A stretch of 63,282 nt of DNA, filler included, from Octopus bimaculoides (GCF_001194135.2; 6 parts of 5 records of this genome joined end to end with filler, not necessarily neighbours in it); one strand, 5' to 3'; shown: positions 38,901 to 52,380, numbered from the whole stretch's first letter. The notes: a model not told the origin generated them from the letters alone. Numbers and translations are program-made.

Positions 38901-39021
38901 CACTTACTGTGACTCTTCTTGCTGGTCTCACCTTCGTAACCGCCGTTGTAGCTATTTCCAATCTTTACAGCGTTCGCACAGCATTGAGCAACAATTATGA
39001 TGTCGGCATTTATATATATAT

Positions 39022-39068
<47 letters not shown>

Positions 39069-39237
39069 TATACACACACAAGTACATACATATATTTGTA
39101 TATATATATATATTATTTATACAGTTAGATATGAACATACATATGCTTCTGTTGAATATATGCACATGCGTGTATATACGTATATACATATAGAAATACT
39201 TATGTATATATTACATTTCATATATATGAGCATGAGA

Positions 39238-39367
39238 GTGTTCGGCAAAAGAGACCGATAGAATAAGTACTAGGCTTCCAAAGAATAAGTCTTGGGGTCG
39301 ATTTGCTCGACTAAAGGCGGTGCTCCAGCATGGCCGCAGTCAAATGACTGAAACAAGTAAAAGAGTA
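39238..39367 (+). mobile_element. SINE B 3' end, well preserved
   Basis: gttcggcaaaagagaccgatagaataagtactaggctt...ggcggtgctccagcatggccgcagtcaaatgactgaaacaagtaaaagagta. Confidence 0.9.
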
Positions 39368-39589
39368 TCCTTATTGTTTTTGGCTTCCCCCACACTCTCC
39401 TCCTCCTTATCCTCATCATCGCCAACGCAGCCGCCGCTGCCGTCGACGTTGTCATTATAAGATTGGATCAACGTTTGTCAAGACGGAATTAGCTTGAAAA
39501 CCTGTCGGTTCTGTTAGCTTTCTCAGACACAGTTGCTGGATATCGTTGATCAAGATTGACCTGACAGAAGGATTTGGAATTACACAATA

Positions 39590-40260
39590 ACAACCACCAC
39601 CGTCACCAGTGCCAAGACAAACCACCAGCGCTACATTTCCACCAGTACTACCACGGCCACCACCACGACCACCACCACCATCTCCACCACCAAAACTACT
39701 TCCACCACCACCGCTAGCACCACTACAACCAACAACACCACCACCACTGCCACCTTACCTACGCCACCACCATTATCGACGCAAATACCACCACTATCAC
39801 CATCACCACCACCACCACACTACCGCACACCGACGCCACCACCACCACTATAACCACCTGTATTACCATCATCACCAATACGTCACCACCAGCACCGCCG
39901 CCACCACTACCACCACCACTACGACAGCAAAAACAACACACTAACAACAATCCCAGTAGTCCCCGAGTGCTACCGCCAACACCACTACGACCATCCGCTC
40001 CGCATCCACCACACCATCAGTGTTACCTCCTACAAAGATAAACAGCAGAAGCAGAACGGAAGTAACAATGGCAACCGAATCAGTAGGAAAAGCCACAAAT
40101 GAAACAATAGCAACGGCAGAATCCATATACTGCCTCACCAGCACCAGCGCCACCGCATCAACCAGCACCACGACCACCACCAGCGCCACCACTAACAATA
40201 ACAACACCAAGAACAAGTCATACAAACAACAAAAACATCATTACGAAAGCGACATCTGCC
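39590..40260. repeat. Degenerate (CAC/ACC/CAA)n low-complexity tract
   Basis: About 670 bp of imperfect trinucleotide repeats. Confidence 0.85.
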
Positions 40261-40490
40261 ATTTTGCCTACACTCCTTAACGTATAATTACCATATTTTT
40301 CATCATCATCATCATTCCTATAATTATCGTCGTCTCCGTCATCGTCGTCGTCGTCAACATTGTCGCCATAGTTATTGACATCACCGTTGTTATCCTTGAG
40401 AAGATTAACATGCATCTGTATTAATTTTCAACGAAAGTTGAGTCTGTCTGCCTGTCAGTCTGTCAATCCCAGTGTGTCTTTTTCTGTGGG

Positions 40491-40536
<46 letters not shown>

Positions 40537-40562
40537 CTTATATTATAGGTGATATGTATGTA

Positions 40563-41045
40563 TTGGATCATCCGTTCAATAATGCGGTCTTTCTATAATT
40601 CTTTTATTTTTCAAGATTAAGATTAACAAACTTCTTTTTTAAATTTAAAATATACTCTCCTTCATTTTCTACAATGTTCTTCCATCTATCTGGTAGAGTT
40701 GCAAGATCCTTCTTCCAAAATTCATTGGTCCGAAAAATACTTCAGTATTGTTTTCACCACTTCTACAGAATTCATACATTTCCATCCAAGTGATTTTGAA
40801 GACTGCCGAATAAATGATAATGAGATGGGACAATGTCCGGCGAATACGGTGGGTCGGTCACCGTTTCGCGTTCAGACTGTACTACCTTTGGAATGTCATC
40901 CTCGCTGTATGTGGCCGAGCATTATCATGACGGAAGAACACCTTTTGTCTTCAAACAAAAGGTAGTCGTTCTTCTTCTCGCCCTGATTTAAGCCGCTCAA
41001 GCTGCTCGCAATAAAAATCCTTTGTTACTGCTTGGTTTGGGTTTA
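40563..41045 (-). mobile_element. Mariner relic, 3' half with TIR
   Basis: Minus strand RQKVFFRHDNARPHTARMT and EFWKKDLATLPDRW; TIR-like ttggatcatccg preceded by TA at 40561. Confidence 0.75.
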
Positions 41046-41283
41046 AACGTTCAAACAGGTAAAAAGACTTTATGTAGATGAAGACGTCCTTTAACCTGGG
41101 GTGCCGCTCTTTCTCTTTTCCTTACCCAGTGTCTTCGGCGCTTGAAAGATAGAGAGAGCCATGCGCCTTCACACCCATACATATATATATATANNNNNNN
41201 NNNNNNNNNNNNNNNNNNNNNNNNNNNNNNNNNNNNNNNNNNNNNNNNNNNNNNNNNNNNNNNNNNNNNNNNNNNNATATATA

Positions 41284-41390
41284 CTCTTTTACATGTTTCA
41301 GAACCGCTAAGTAACGGGGACGTAAACACACCAGCATCGGTTGTCAAGTGATGTTGGAGGGACAAACATATACACGCACATATATATATG

Positions 41391-41422
<32 letters not shown>

Positions 41423-41585
41423 CGACGAGCCTCTTTCAGTTTCCGTCTACCAAATACACTCACAAGGCTTTGGTCGGCCCGAGGCTTTAATAGAAGACAC
41501 TTGCCCAAGAAGCCACGCAGTGGGACTGAACCCGGAACCATGTGGTTGGTGGGCAAGCTACTTACCACACAGCCACTCCTATGCC
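41284..41585 (-). mobile_element. SINE B, well preserved, internal (TA)n, internal 3' deletion
   Basis: Head aggagtggctgtgtggtaagtagcttg...gggttcagtcccactgcgtggcttcttgggcaagtgtcttc (minus strand); tail joined directly to aaccgctaag. Confidence 0.9.
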
Positions 41586-41794
41586 TATATATATATATAT
41601 ATATATAAGTTTACACATACGATATATATGTAAATAAATGATATGAACATGCATATATGTACACGTATTAATAGATAGATATATAGCTAAATAGATAAGC
41701 ATACGTACAGACAGACAGACAAACAGACAGAAGGCCTGGGACGAAAATTGCCGTTGCATTTCAAGGTGAGAAACACATAGACGCTTGTTTAGTC

Positions 41795-42140
41795 TTAATT
41801 GACATATTTACACAAGATAATATTTCTATTCATTATTGATAATATAATCTTATCTATTAGGCAAATTGTTAATCCGTTCGGCGTAAAATTCCTCAGGTTC
41901 GAAGAAAAGAAACACTCATTATCACTTTCAGCCTCTTCACGATGAATATCCTGTTGCTTGCTAAATAATGTTGCTGTGTTTAGAAAAGCTGGAGCTTCCT
42001 CAGGAGAGTACGGACGATGATGCAAAAGCTTCCATAATTCGTACGATAACCATCGTGAATGAGTTGTAATATTGAGTGAGGGCAACACCTTTTTACAATT
42101 GACCGATGATGGACGTATTCTCAGCAAATTGTTTTGCAAT
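41795..42140 (-). pseudogene. Mariner transposase C-terminal relic
   Basis: LWKLLHHRPYSPEEAP (YSPDLAP motif), FFSSNLRNFTPNG. Confidence 0.7.
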
Positions 42141-42214
42141 ATACCCGCTCGATAACAGTACTCTCCTTAACCATTGTGGGTTAACCATTGTAGTTTAAGT
42201 TGGGTATGATTATT

Positions 42215-42400
42215 GATTTAAATTGACACAAGACCAGCAATTTCGGAGAAGAAGCTGAGTTAATTACATCGATCCCAGTGCTCAACTGGTACTTATTTTA
42301 TCAATACCTAAAGAATGAAAGGCGAAGTTAACCTTGACAGCATTTGAACTCAGAACGGACGACATGCTGCTAAGTATTGTGCTCGGCATGCTAACGATTC
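42215..42400 (-). mobile_element. SINE A2 lacking the first part of the A-box, fused to the A1 tail
   Basis: gacacaagaccagcaatttcgg tail ... gcatgctaacgattc, directly adjacent to the A1 tail at 42401. Confidence 0.8.
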
Positions 42401-42619
42401 ATATTTCTTTATTGCCCACAAGAGACTAAACAAGGACAGACAAAGGGATTAAGTCGATTACATCGACTCCAATGCGTAACGGATACTTAATTTATCGACC
42501 CCGAAAGGATGAAAGAGAAAGTCGACCTCGGCAGAATTTGAACTCAGAACGTAACGGCAGACGAAATACCGCTAAGCATTTCGCCCGGCGTGCTAACGAT
42601 TCTGCCAGCTCCCCACCTT
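42401..42619 (-). mobile_element. SINE A1
   Basis: atttctttattgcccac tail, gggattaagtcgattacatcgac, gaactcagaacgtaacggcagacgaaataccg, gctaacgattctgccagctc. Confidence 0.92.
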
Positions 42620-42699
42620 TTTGGATATGATTATTATCATCATTTGTGATGATTCTACTCAAGAAAGTATCGGCTGCAAGTCTATCCGGCAATCAGGAA

Positions 42700-42990
42700 G
42701 CAACACCTTGATTTAGCTGGACTGTAATCAGAAAAGGAGTGACCCACTAACCAACTTTAGAAACTTCTTTGATTTCGTGATGGCGATTGATGACCGAAGT
42801 GTAACTTGAATTGAATTGTTTTGCTACTTTTCGTGCAGTTTGATATGGGTTTTCTTCAATATCTTTAAACTCTCAGTGATGACGGAAATTAGTCGTCCAG
42901 ATGGAGAGGAATCTGCGAGAGAAACATTTCCGAGGCGAAACTGACCAAAACAACGTTGGCATGTCCGGACACTTAAAGTTTCATGTCGTT
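42700..42990 (-). pseudogene. Mariner transposase N-terminal relic; possibly the same element as 41795-42140, split by SINEs
   Basis: VRTCQRCFGQFRLGNVSLADSSPSGR and IEENPYQTARKVA...EVSKVG*WVTP. Confidence 0.7.
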
Positions 42991-43760
42991 AGACAGAATG
43001 AATATCCCTTACCGTTTCCATTGTTAAAATGGCCCTTTTGTATTGATACAGTATTCAGTATCTATGATCCTGATTGAAATTCATTTTAAAAGAGTACCAT
43101 CGATACGAATTTAACCAAAATGGTATAAAGTAATTTGCAAAGAAATGTAAAAATTAATATGGTAAATATTAAGAAGGTACCCTCAAAGGGATCATTTCCA
43201 AATGCGACAGTAGAAAAAGATCCCAGGTTATCTGCATGATACGAAACAGCATGTAGCCTTCAGCCTTTTGCCTATTCAATAACTTTTTTCAAGAAATGCA
43301 ATACATGTTATTTATAGCTTTCTCCACTAAAAGATTGAAAGTTAAAAGGATATATTTTACACAAACACACACGCACATACACACACACACACACATACAC
43401 GCGATTACAGACACTCACGCACGCTCACACACACTCACGTACACACATTCTGATGTGTGTACTTTCGTAAGACAGGCTTGTGTCTCTTTATGTATGCGAC
43501 TATGTGCAGATGCATGCAAGCGAATCATTGAGAGAGGGAGGGAGAGACAGAGAGAGAGAGGGAGGGAGAGACAAAGAGAGAGAGAGTGATGGGGCAAGAG
43601 AGTTTGTGTGTATCTCGCTAGATATGAATACTAATATAAATACATACAGACAGACAGACAGACATATATGCATATAGATATATACAAATGTATATATACA
43701 GATATATACATATGCGCGTATACATATATATTCATATATTCAATTATGTATGTATTTATA

Positions 43761-43789
<29 letters not shown>

Positions 43790-43796
<7 letters not shown>

Positions 43797-44065
43797 CATA
43801 CGTACACTTATATGCATATATATATACATACGTACACTTATATGCATATATATATATATACATACATACACTTATATGCATATATATNNNNNNNNNNTGC
43901 ATATATATATATATACATACATACACTTATATGCATATATATATATACATACATACACTTATATGCATATATATATATATACATACATACTTATATGCAT
44001 ATATATATATATACATACATACACTTATATGCATATATATACATACATACTTATATGCATATATA
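43790..44065. repeat. Complex minisatellite with variable unit acatac(a/g)tacacttatatgcat(at)n
   Basis: About 9 visible units across a 10-N gap. Confidence 0.85.
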
Positions 44066-44077
44066 TACATATAAACG

Positions 44078-44186
<109 letters not shown>

Positions 44187-44589
44187 GTAGTCTATGTGTA
44201 TACATTTATATATATATATATGCATTGCGTTTGTTTGGATAAGTGTATGTGTGTGTTTGCGCGCCTGTGCGCGTATGTTGAAGAACCAATATGAAAACCC
44301 ACTTATTAAATGTTGAAGCATCTGTGTCTGTTATAACTTCTAATTAGTCCTTTGCTTGTTATTTGCAGATTTTGCAACTGACATCTGGGTACCTCTAAGA
44401 AGAGATGTCAATATTCTAAATCCCATTATCTTGCGAAACATGTATCAAATTTAAGAAATAGCTTCAGACGCGGTGGCACAATCGTTAGCGCCGAAAGAGC
44501 AAGTTCAATACTACTTTACCTTAATGGCTTGAAATCCCACTAAATTACACTTCTCATCCATCCATCCATCCACCCACTAATCTTTGGGG

Positions 44590-44895
44590 GTGTTGTGGGG
44601 ATAGTGTCATTCAGTACCTCTTACATGCGATCCGATCAGAAGCTACCGTTATTACATTCTTCGGGTGTCTTCCTAAACGGCAGTAACTGAGATTATGGAC
44701 ATTATCAAACCATCTCTTTCATCGTTCACCTTAGTTCTCTTGCTGGTTGACTCGGTTTGAAGAATCAATCTTACGATTCTTTCCTGCGATCTCCTAATTA
44801 CGTCTGAAGCACCGGAGCTCTGGTTCTTCAATGTGGAGGAGTAGAGACATCCTGATCTCCGTGCTACGCACCTTGTCGAAGAGTGTTACTCCAGA
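44590..44895 (-). mobile_element. RTE-clade LINE 3' ORF relic
   Basis: GVTLFDKVRSTEIR..LLLHIE...RWFDNVHNLSYCRLGRHPKNVITVASDR. Confidence 0.65.
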
Positions 44896-45447
44896 AATCC
44901 TTTTATTATTACTTTACCCTGGTGGATGCCAGCAGTCATTCGATGCTTAAGAACTAATTTTATAGAAAATTCTTTACACGCATTAATTTGTGCAAGTAAG
45001 AATATTTAATACGTTTGAAAGGCGGTGAGCTGGCAGAATCGTTAGAGGGCCGGGTGAAATGTCCACCGGTATTTCGTCTGCCGCTACGTTCTGAGTTCAA
45101 ATTCCGCCGAGGTCGACTTTGCCTTTCATCCTTTCGGGGTCGATAAATTAAGTACCAGTTACACACTGGAGTCGACGTAATCGACTTAATCCCTTTGTCT
45201 GTCCTTGTTTGTCCCCTCTATGTGTAGCCCCTTGTGGGCAATAAAGAAATAAGAATATTTAATACGTTTGAGAAAAAAAAATCTACTTGTTTCTTGCAAT
45301 AAATACACTTAGAGGAAAATATTTTCATGGACATTTAATATACCACTCTGGTTTCACAATTCACTATTTTGCTTGCTTGCACCCCACCCCCAAAAAAATC
45401 TTATATGGACCCCCAAGAGTCATATAGACCCCAGTTAGGAACCACTG
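44890..45447 (-). mobile_element. hAT (Charlie-like) MITE interrupted by SINE A1
   Basis: Terminus cagtggttcctaac flanked by gtctagac (NTCTAGAN target); interior colinear with 61193-61537 on both sides of the SINE insertion. Confidence 0.7.
45019..45249 (+). mobile_element. SINE A1, well preserved full-length copy with perfect 22-bp TSD
   Basis: taagaatatttaatacgtttga at 44997-45018 and 45250-45271; A and B boxes intact. Confidence 0.95.
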
Positions 45448-45639
45448 GTCTAGACTGAGAGTGTCAGTCAGGCGGGGAATCGGTGCCCTGCTGCAATCTC
45501 TAGCCTCGTTCTAACCTCGTTCTTCTCACAATACTGGAGAACTCTATCTGCAGTTTTATACTCAGAACATTTTTTTATGTCACCTTAATTACCAGGTTTA
45601 CTAAACCGTACAACTGATAAATTTTATCAGTTAATTTCA

Positions 45640-45979
45640 ATTTTGGCAATAAGTTGGAAAAATTCGGTACTTCTATTTTAAGTTTTGACTCAAAAACACG
45701 TTTTTTCTATTATAAAAATAGTTTATTTCAGGTGGCTGACATAAATTGCTCGGCCTACCTGAAAATTCATGGGTTTCTACAACCATTTTTAACTAAATTT
45801 TGCTATCAGCCAAGATCAGAAATTGATCCTTTTTTCAAAAATGAGCAATTTCATTACAGCAAAAACGGTAGTTAACCATGAAAAACTAAGGTTATTTTCG
45901 GAATCAGCACCATCAAATTAGCAAAAAAAAAAAAAAGACGTGTTTTGTTTCTTAGCACCAAAAGTCGTGTTGACCAGTG
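45640..45979 (+). mobile_element. Probable DNA transposon 3' end (Chapaev3-like)
   Basis: ggaatcagcaccatcaaattagc...gtgttgaccagtg followed by tta; assignment from recall only, left end not found. Confidence 0.35.
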
Positions 45980-46114
45980 TTATCAATGTCTCGCTTATTT
46001 ATTTGAGACTCTACAGAGCGATTTAGAAATAAACATGACTGCTATTTTTAGCAAACTGAATAACCACAAAGAGACACACCCTCACTGATTCCTGTTTGTT
46101 TTGCACGTGTTTAA

Positions 46115-46330
46115 TCCTTTGGCATTTAAACTGGCCATACATGACCTAAATATTCTGTGCAATGATGAAACTGGCCAGGTCCGACTTTTCATACCTACCT
46201 ACAATGTCATTCTAAAAGTAAAGAACCATTTCAAAGAAATATCGAAAGAACGAGATAATGGACGGTTAAATCAAAAACAATGTGAATAGATAAGTACTAT
46301 ATTCGATATGGTAATTGTAATGCTAAAGGG
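46115..46330. mobile_element. piggyBac-type MITE with TTAA TSDs
   Basis: ttaa-tcctttggcatt ... aatgctaaaggg-ttaa. Confidence 0.75.
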
Positions 46331-46849
46331 TTAATCTACTGATAGTTGTAACCTGTATTGAACTACTAATCGCCCCTGGACCATGTGAGAGACTATATCT
46401 TAAATAATCCACGCTATCAAGTCAGAATCCGCAACTAAGCTGACATTGCCTAAGTTATCATGCAATAATTAGACGACATTGAATGATATCTGCCATTATA
46501 CAATGTCATTAAGATCTGAGTAATTAACGAGAAATGAGGATAATTAACTGAATTATGCAAAAGGCCATAAGACTATTAATATGTAATTGGTTTGAAGATG
46601 TTTAATTAAAATAATGTGTATATATATAATATATATATATATAATATATAATATATATATACATATATATCTCTATATATACATACATACATACATATAT
46701 ATGCATACGTACATACATACATATATATATATATATATAATATATATGTCTATATATACATACATACATACATATATATGCATACGTATATATATATATA
46801 TATATTATATATATACATGTACGATTATGGGCAGTAGATATATGCATGT

Positions 46850-46918
<69 letters not shown>

Positions 46919-47410
46919 CACACACACACTTGCACACACACACACATCTTAATTATCTCTTTCAAAATACGTACTATTCGTCTTCGTTGTTATTGTTGCT
47001 TTTCTTATTGATTTTTGCCCCTCCATCGTATCACTGAGACATAACCACCATAGCGCTGTTGGCGTTTTTATTGTCTACCCTAAGATATTCTTGATGGAGC
47101 TGGCCTCTGGTCAAAGGCAAGGATGGTGATGGATAAGAGTTATCATATGACCACCAATCAGGTCATCCTTTATCGAGTAGTGTTATGGTGATTAAAGCAA
47201 TTTTGTTCCTATTGTTGGTGTTGTTATTGCTGTTGTTTAGCTGTAAATCACCATCGAATGATCTCTCCTTAGAGATGATGGGGATGATAACGATGATGAT
47301 GCTGAGTTAAGCATTGGGGTCAACACAGTGCAATTGTATAGCTCCCTACCCTCAAGCTTCGAGCCTTGTATTCATAGTAGAAAGGATGACCTTGCATTGG
47401 ATGTTTTCCT

Positions 47411-47649
47411 ATTTCTTATTTCTTTTTTGCCCTCACGGGGCTAAACATGGAGGGGACAAACAAGGATAGACAAAGGGATTAAGTCGATTACATCGACCCC
47501 AGTCCGTAACTGGTACTTAATTTATCGACCTCGAAAGGATGAAAGGCAAAGTCGACCTCGGCGGAATTTGAACTCAAAACGTAGCGGCAGACGAAATACC
47601 GCCAAGCATTTCGTCCGGCATGCTAACGTTTCAGCCAGCTCGCCGCCTT
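47411..47649 (-). mobile_element. SINE A1, full length
   Basis: Reverse-complement match to 45019-45249. Confidence 0.92.
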
Positions 47650-47704
47650 TGCCTATTATTTCTGTTAATCTCGTAAGGAAGTGGTGCGTCGAAAATGTTT
47701 GACT

Positions 47705-48030
47705 CTAGTACAGAACAAAATGTCGAAATCTTGCTGAATGCTCAACATTATTTTGTCTGTTTGTTAATCTGGTGAGGTCTTCTTCAGTAAGGGCAAACAA
47801 TTCTACGTAACCTTCAAGACACTCATCTCCAACTCCAGAATTTTGGAACCAGTATCGAAAGGTGTTTGTTGAAGGTTCTTTGGCAAAAGTTATTGTCAAA
47901 TTGGGACCAGTTTTCTCAATTTTGCGTTCCATTTTTAACTCGCACAATAAAATCACTGGAGTTTTTCCGTCATTAATTTGACAGCCTAAAATAAACAAGA
48001 AGAAACACTTAAAGAAAAACACTATTTCTA
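47705..48030 (-). pseudogene. Mariner transposase N-terminal relic
   Basis: VILLCELKMERK...FRYWFQNSGVGDECLEG resembles VILLYEFKLGRK...WFxKFRSGDESLED. Confidence 0.6.
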
Positions 48031-48324
48031 TAAATCAATAAACCGAAATCCGCGCTTCCAAATGATATATTGCGTGGACATAGTTTATTCTAAAATAAGT
48101 ATAAAAAATTAGAATTATTTTTGCACAAACCTAATAACTTAACTGAAAGATTGTTCATTCCCAGCTGACAGAAAACTGAAATTAGTTTTCATTATAGAAA
48201 CTAAAAATTATTAAAAAGAGAAATTTAATATCTGAACACAGGAAAACAGCAACTGCATGAATGAGAGTATTAACAATGACAATAATAATAGCATGAACAA
48301 AAGCGTAAACAATAGGATTCTTCG

Positions 48325-48675
48325 TTTTCCTGTTTGAGTCATTTGACAGGCGACCATGCTGGGGCACCGCTATGACAGGTTTTAGTCGAACGAATCGATC
48401 CAAGTATTATTTTATAGTTGGGTTTTCTCTCAACTGCCAAACTCGTAAGTTACAGTGACATAAAGAAACCCAAACCGGTCGTGATGGGGTTAGGAGACAA
48501 AGACATATATACATATTTATGCATATATACGACGGGCTTCTTTCAGTTTCCGCCCACCAAATCCACCCACAACGCATTGGTCGGCCCATGCCGCTTGCCT
48601 AAGATACGACGCAGGAGGACTGAATACGGGATTATGTGGTTGGGAAGCAAAATATTAATGACACAGCCACCCCGA
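48325..48675 (-). mobile_element. SINE B, full length, diverged
   Basis: accatgctggggcaccgc tail; gacgggcttctttcagtttccg; tgtggttgggaagc...cacagccac head. Confidence 0.85.
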
Positions 48676-49485
48676 CAAAACTAACTCTAATATTAGCAAA
48701 ACGAACAGTATTAGCAATAATAACAAAATTTGTTTGCCACTTAATGATCGAAGGGCAACACTCAGATTTTGCATTGCGTTTTCGGGAATTTATCAAGTAG
48801 CTAGCGTGAAAAAAGAAAACCTCATAAAGGAAAAAAAACGTCATTTATACCCTAGAATATATTTATTTATATTTATATAAGGGCATTACTATGGAGTAAT
48901 GCCTCACTCAAATGACTGAAACAAGTAAAAAAAAGATAAAAACAAGAGACAGACCTGATTAAGGTGATTTCAACTGCCCTCACCCCCACTCCGGTTTGAC
49001 ATGGTGGGCCATGAATAACAGGAAGGTAGTGAGAGTATTAACAATACTCGTGCAATCATTGCTAGCTTCAGTGCCACTCGGCCCCACAATTGGAAGCGAT
49101 AATTTCGAAGATTCCGAAACTTTTGACAACCAACCACACCCCACCACACCCCGTACTCATTAGACAAGGAAGGATTTGTCCCGTGGTGCAAGTTGTATGT
49201 AAAATAATGAAACAATATATGTGAGTGAATTTGCGCACTGGAGAAAAAGACATACATTATTTACATATAGTGAAGTTTAATCAGTTATTTGAGGCTAACG
49301 CATTCACCATCATTATTCTAAAGTCTATTGTATGTTAAACTGTACAACGTCCAGCTGGGTGGGAAAAACATGCAGCTGCATTGTGAAAAGGATGATATTG
49401 TCACGTTTGTAATATCACATGTCTAATAGGCGTGCTGAGCATAGCCCACTTGAATCTGCACACATATATGTATATATATTTATAC

Positions 49486-49520
<35 letters not shown>

Positions 49521-49530
49521 NNNNNNNNNN

Positions 49531-49570
<40 letters not shown>

Positions 49571-50017
49571 ATATATACACTAGTGTGTGTTTGAATAAAA
49601 TCCGTAGAAACTACGAAGGAGAATGAACAATGGCAAAGAATACGCTATTCTGTTGTTCTGTTTTTCTCTCTCTCTCCCTCCCAGTTTATCTATCTCTTTA
49701 TCTGTCTATCTGTCAGTCTATCAATCGTTCTATTTGTTTTTTTCCTCCCCTATACAATTATGTGTATGTGTGTGCGTTCGTGTGTGTAAAGCGAAAGTCG
49801 CTATTGTTATCAAAATATTCATAAACTTCCAACACAACTTCAATCCATGCTTATAAACATAAAAAGGGAGCGAGCTATAATCACGTGATATATATTTGGT
49901 TACGCCGGTGGTGGTGGAAACGCATGACGTGATATGCAATCTATGTCAGGCAAGTTTTGTTGGTGTGAATGACAGGATTAATGTATACCATCATGCATTC
50001 CTATGTATCTTTGTTTG

Positions 50018-50094
<77 letters not shown>

Positions 50095-50104
50095 GTATAT
50101 ACTG

Positions 50105-50234
50105 TTTTACTTCTTTCAATCATTTGACTGTGGCTATGCTGGAGCATCGCCATTAGTCGAGAAAATCGACCCCAGGACTTATTCTATCAGTCTCTTTTGC
50201 TGAACCGCTAAGTTACGGGGACGTAAATACACCA
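50105..50234 (-). mobile_element. SINE B 3' end
   Basis: catttgactgtggctatgctggagcatcgcc...ctcttttgctgaaccgctaagttacggggacgtaaa. Confidence 0.85.
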
Positions 50235-50289
50235 TGACGTTTTCTTGTTTCCATGGTCTTAATATCCAATCATGAGAGTTTCTCAGTTA

Positions 50290-50700
50290 AGTATTTAGGC
50301 TATTTGCCATAATCACCATTGTCAATTCCAGTTGTAAAAGTCCACCTCTACCTTGTTTTCTTGGCAAGTAATATCGTTCAATATCTGCCTCGGAGCGGTG
50401 CATTCTATTCATTGTCAACAGTTTTCGCATTTTTCTGTCAAGCTTACAGTTTTCAGTAATTGTCCAGTGAATAATATTGAAACTGTAAGTTACGACCGGA
50501 ATGGCTAAAATATTGATCGCTTCGGTCCTGTTTCTTGCGTTTAGCGCTGTCTTGAGTATTGCCCTGATCCTGCGATAACCTTCTTCACCGATCTTTTCCC
50601 TCATCATTGAATGTTTGATTCCATCACATTCAAATACTCCTCAGTATTTCTAGCCCTCCGCGGGTTCCAACTCCTTTATAGCATTCTGTTCTCCGGGGTT
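50290..50700 (-). mobile_element. R4/Dong-like (restriction-endonuclease class) LINE RT C-terminal relic
   Basis: IKELEP..KY*GV.ECDGIKHSMMREKI..YRRIRAILKTALNARNRTEAINILAIPVVTYSFNIIHWT...KLDRKMRKLLT...RYYLPRKQGRGGLLQLE. Confidence 0.8.
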
Positions 50701-51253
50701 AACGTTCGATGTTTCTATCGAATTCTATTGTTTAGAGTCATCATCATCATCCTCCTCATCATCACCATCACCATCATCTATTATTATCATTCTTCTTCTT
50801 ATTATTATTATTTGTCTTCACCTCTACGTAAATCCTGTTTATATTCTATTGATACATTGTATTGTTACTGTCAATACTTACTTAAGAGTGTGTTGGATTC
50901 TTTTGCATTATGCGTTGCTCCTCGATAATGTTGGGGCGAAAATTCTCGTAGTTTACACAGCGTCTACTCTCTCCATTGTAAAGCATTCTAAAGATTTCCT
51001 ACAGGAGTCATTTAAATATTTTTTCTTTTTCTCTCTTTCTCTCCCTATCCGTCTCTCAGTTGCTTTTTTTTTCTTTCTCGCATTTTTATCTGATAGCTGA
51101 GAATCTGTATTCTTTGACACAAATCAATATCTCCTACTTCAAGAAACTACTTATTCTTTTATAAACAGTAGGTGTGTAGGCATTTACATAAACCCCCACA
51201 TCGCCCGTAAACAGTCCACGAAAACTCATATTCTCCACAAATTCCATCCGACC

Positions 51254-51373
<120 letters not shown>

Positions 51374-52162
51374 TATTTATACTCACACATAATATAAAAT
51401 TAATGTGGGAAGCTGGGCGCATTTATAAACCGTATAGGCGATAGGGGAAATTGAGTCGTCACTAATTGTACCTGTATGTGTTACAAACACATATATTGCT
51501 AGATATAAGAGTTATGTATATATGCAAGCATATAGGCGTGTATTTATGCTGAGTGATACAGTGGTGTGAATATACTATAGCAACTTTCGTAAACAGTCCA
51601 ATCATTTCATATTTTACACTCGAGAGTACATCCATCTATCTATTCGTCCGTTTGTCCATCCATCCATCCATTCACCCGTCCGTCCGTTTATCCATCCGTC
51701 CATCCATATATCCATATACGTGTGCATTTATGTATGTATGTATGTATTTATGTATGTATATGTGCGTGTGTATGCGTATATGTGTGTTTAGAGCGTATGT
51801 GTGTATATGTAAGTGCATGCGTTTGTTTTGGGGTATGGCTGAGTAAAGCGGCTAGTGCAAGTATCGTACAGTTAAGCACGGTATTATAGCTCGGAGGGAT
51901 GGGATTCTTAAACACTAACTTTTGAAATTAAAGTACGTCCAGAATATGAGTTGGCCAAAAGAGACGAAGTTCGAGAAGATATCAAATACAGAAGATGGGT
52001 AAACAGCTATTTTTGCAAGGAAGCCATTTATATGAGATGTTACGTATATTCGCATGATGTAAATATAACACTTACAATGCTTCGAATTTTCAGTGATAGG
52101 TTGATATTTTATTGCATATCATGCCAAGTGTACATTATGCACCAATGTTACGCGAAAATATT

Positions 52163-52380
52163 AAGACAGCGAACTGACAGAATCATTAGCACGCCGGGTA
52201 ACATGCTTAGCGGCATTTTTCGTTCGTTCTTAAGCTTTGAGTTCAAATTCCGCCAAGCTCGACTTTGCCCTACATCCTTTGAGGGTCGATAAAATAAGTA
52301 CCAGTTGTGCACTGGGATCGATGTAATCGACTAAGTTCCTCCCCTCAAATTGCTGGCTTTGAGTCAAAATTTAAAACCAA
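52163..52380 (+). mobile_element. SINE A2 (tail variant a)
   Basis: Family A head and body; tail cccctcaaattgctggctttgagtcaaaatttaaaaccaa; decayed TSD accaatgttacgcgaaaat / accaacattactcaaaat. Confidence 0.85.

Noticed and set aside
39609-40280. Pro/His/Thr-rich mucin-like ORFs
   Set aside because: By-product of a degenerate CAC/ACC tract; no splice signals, domain or consistent frame.
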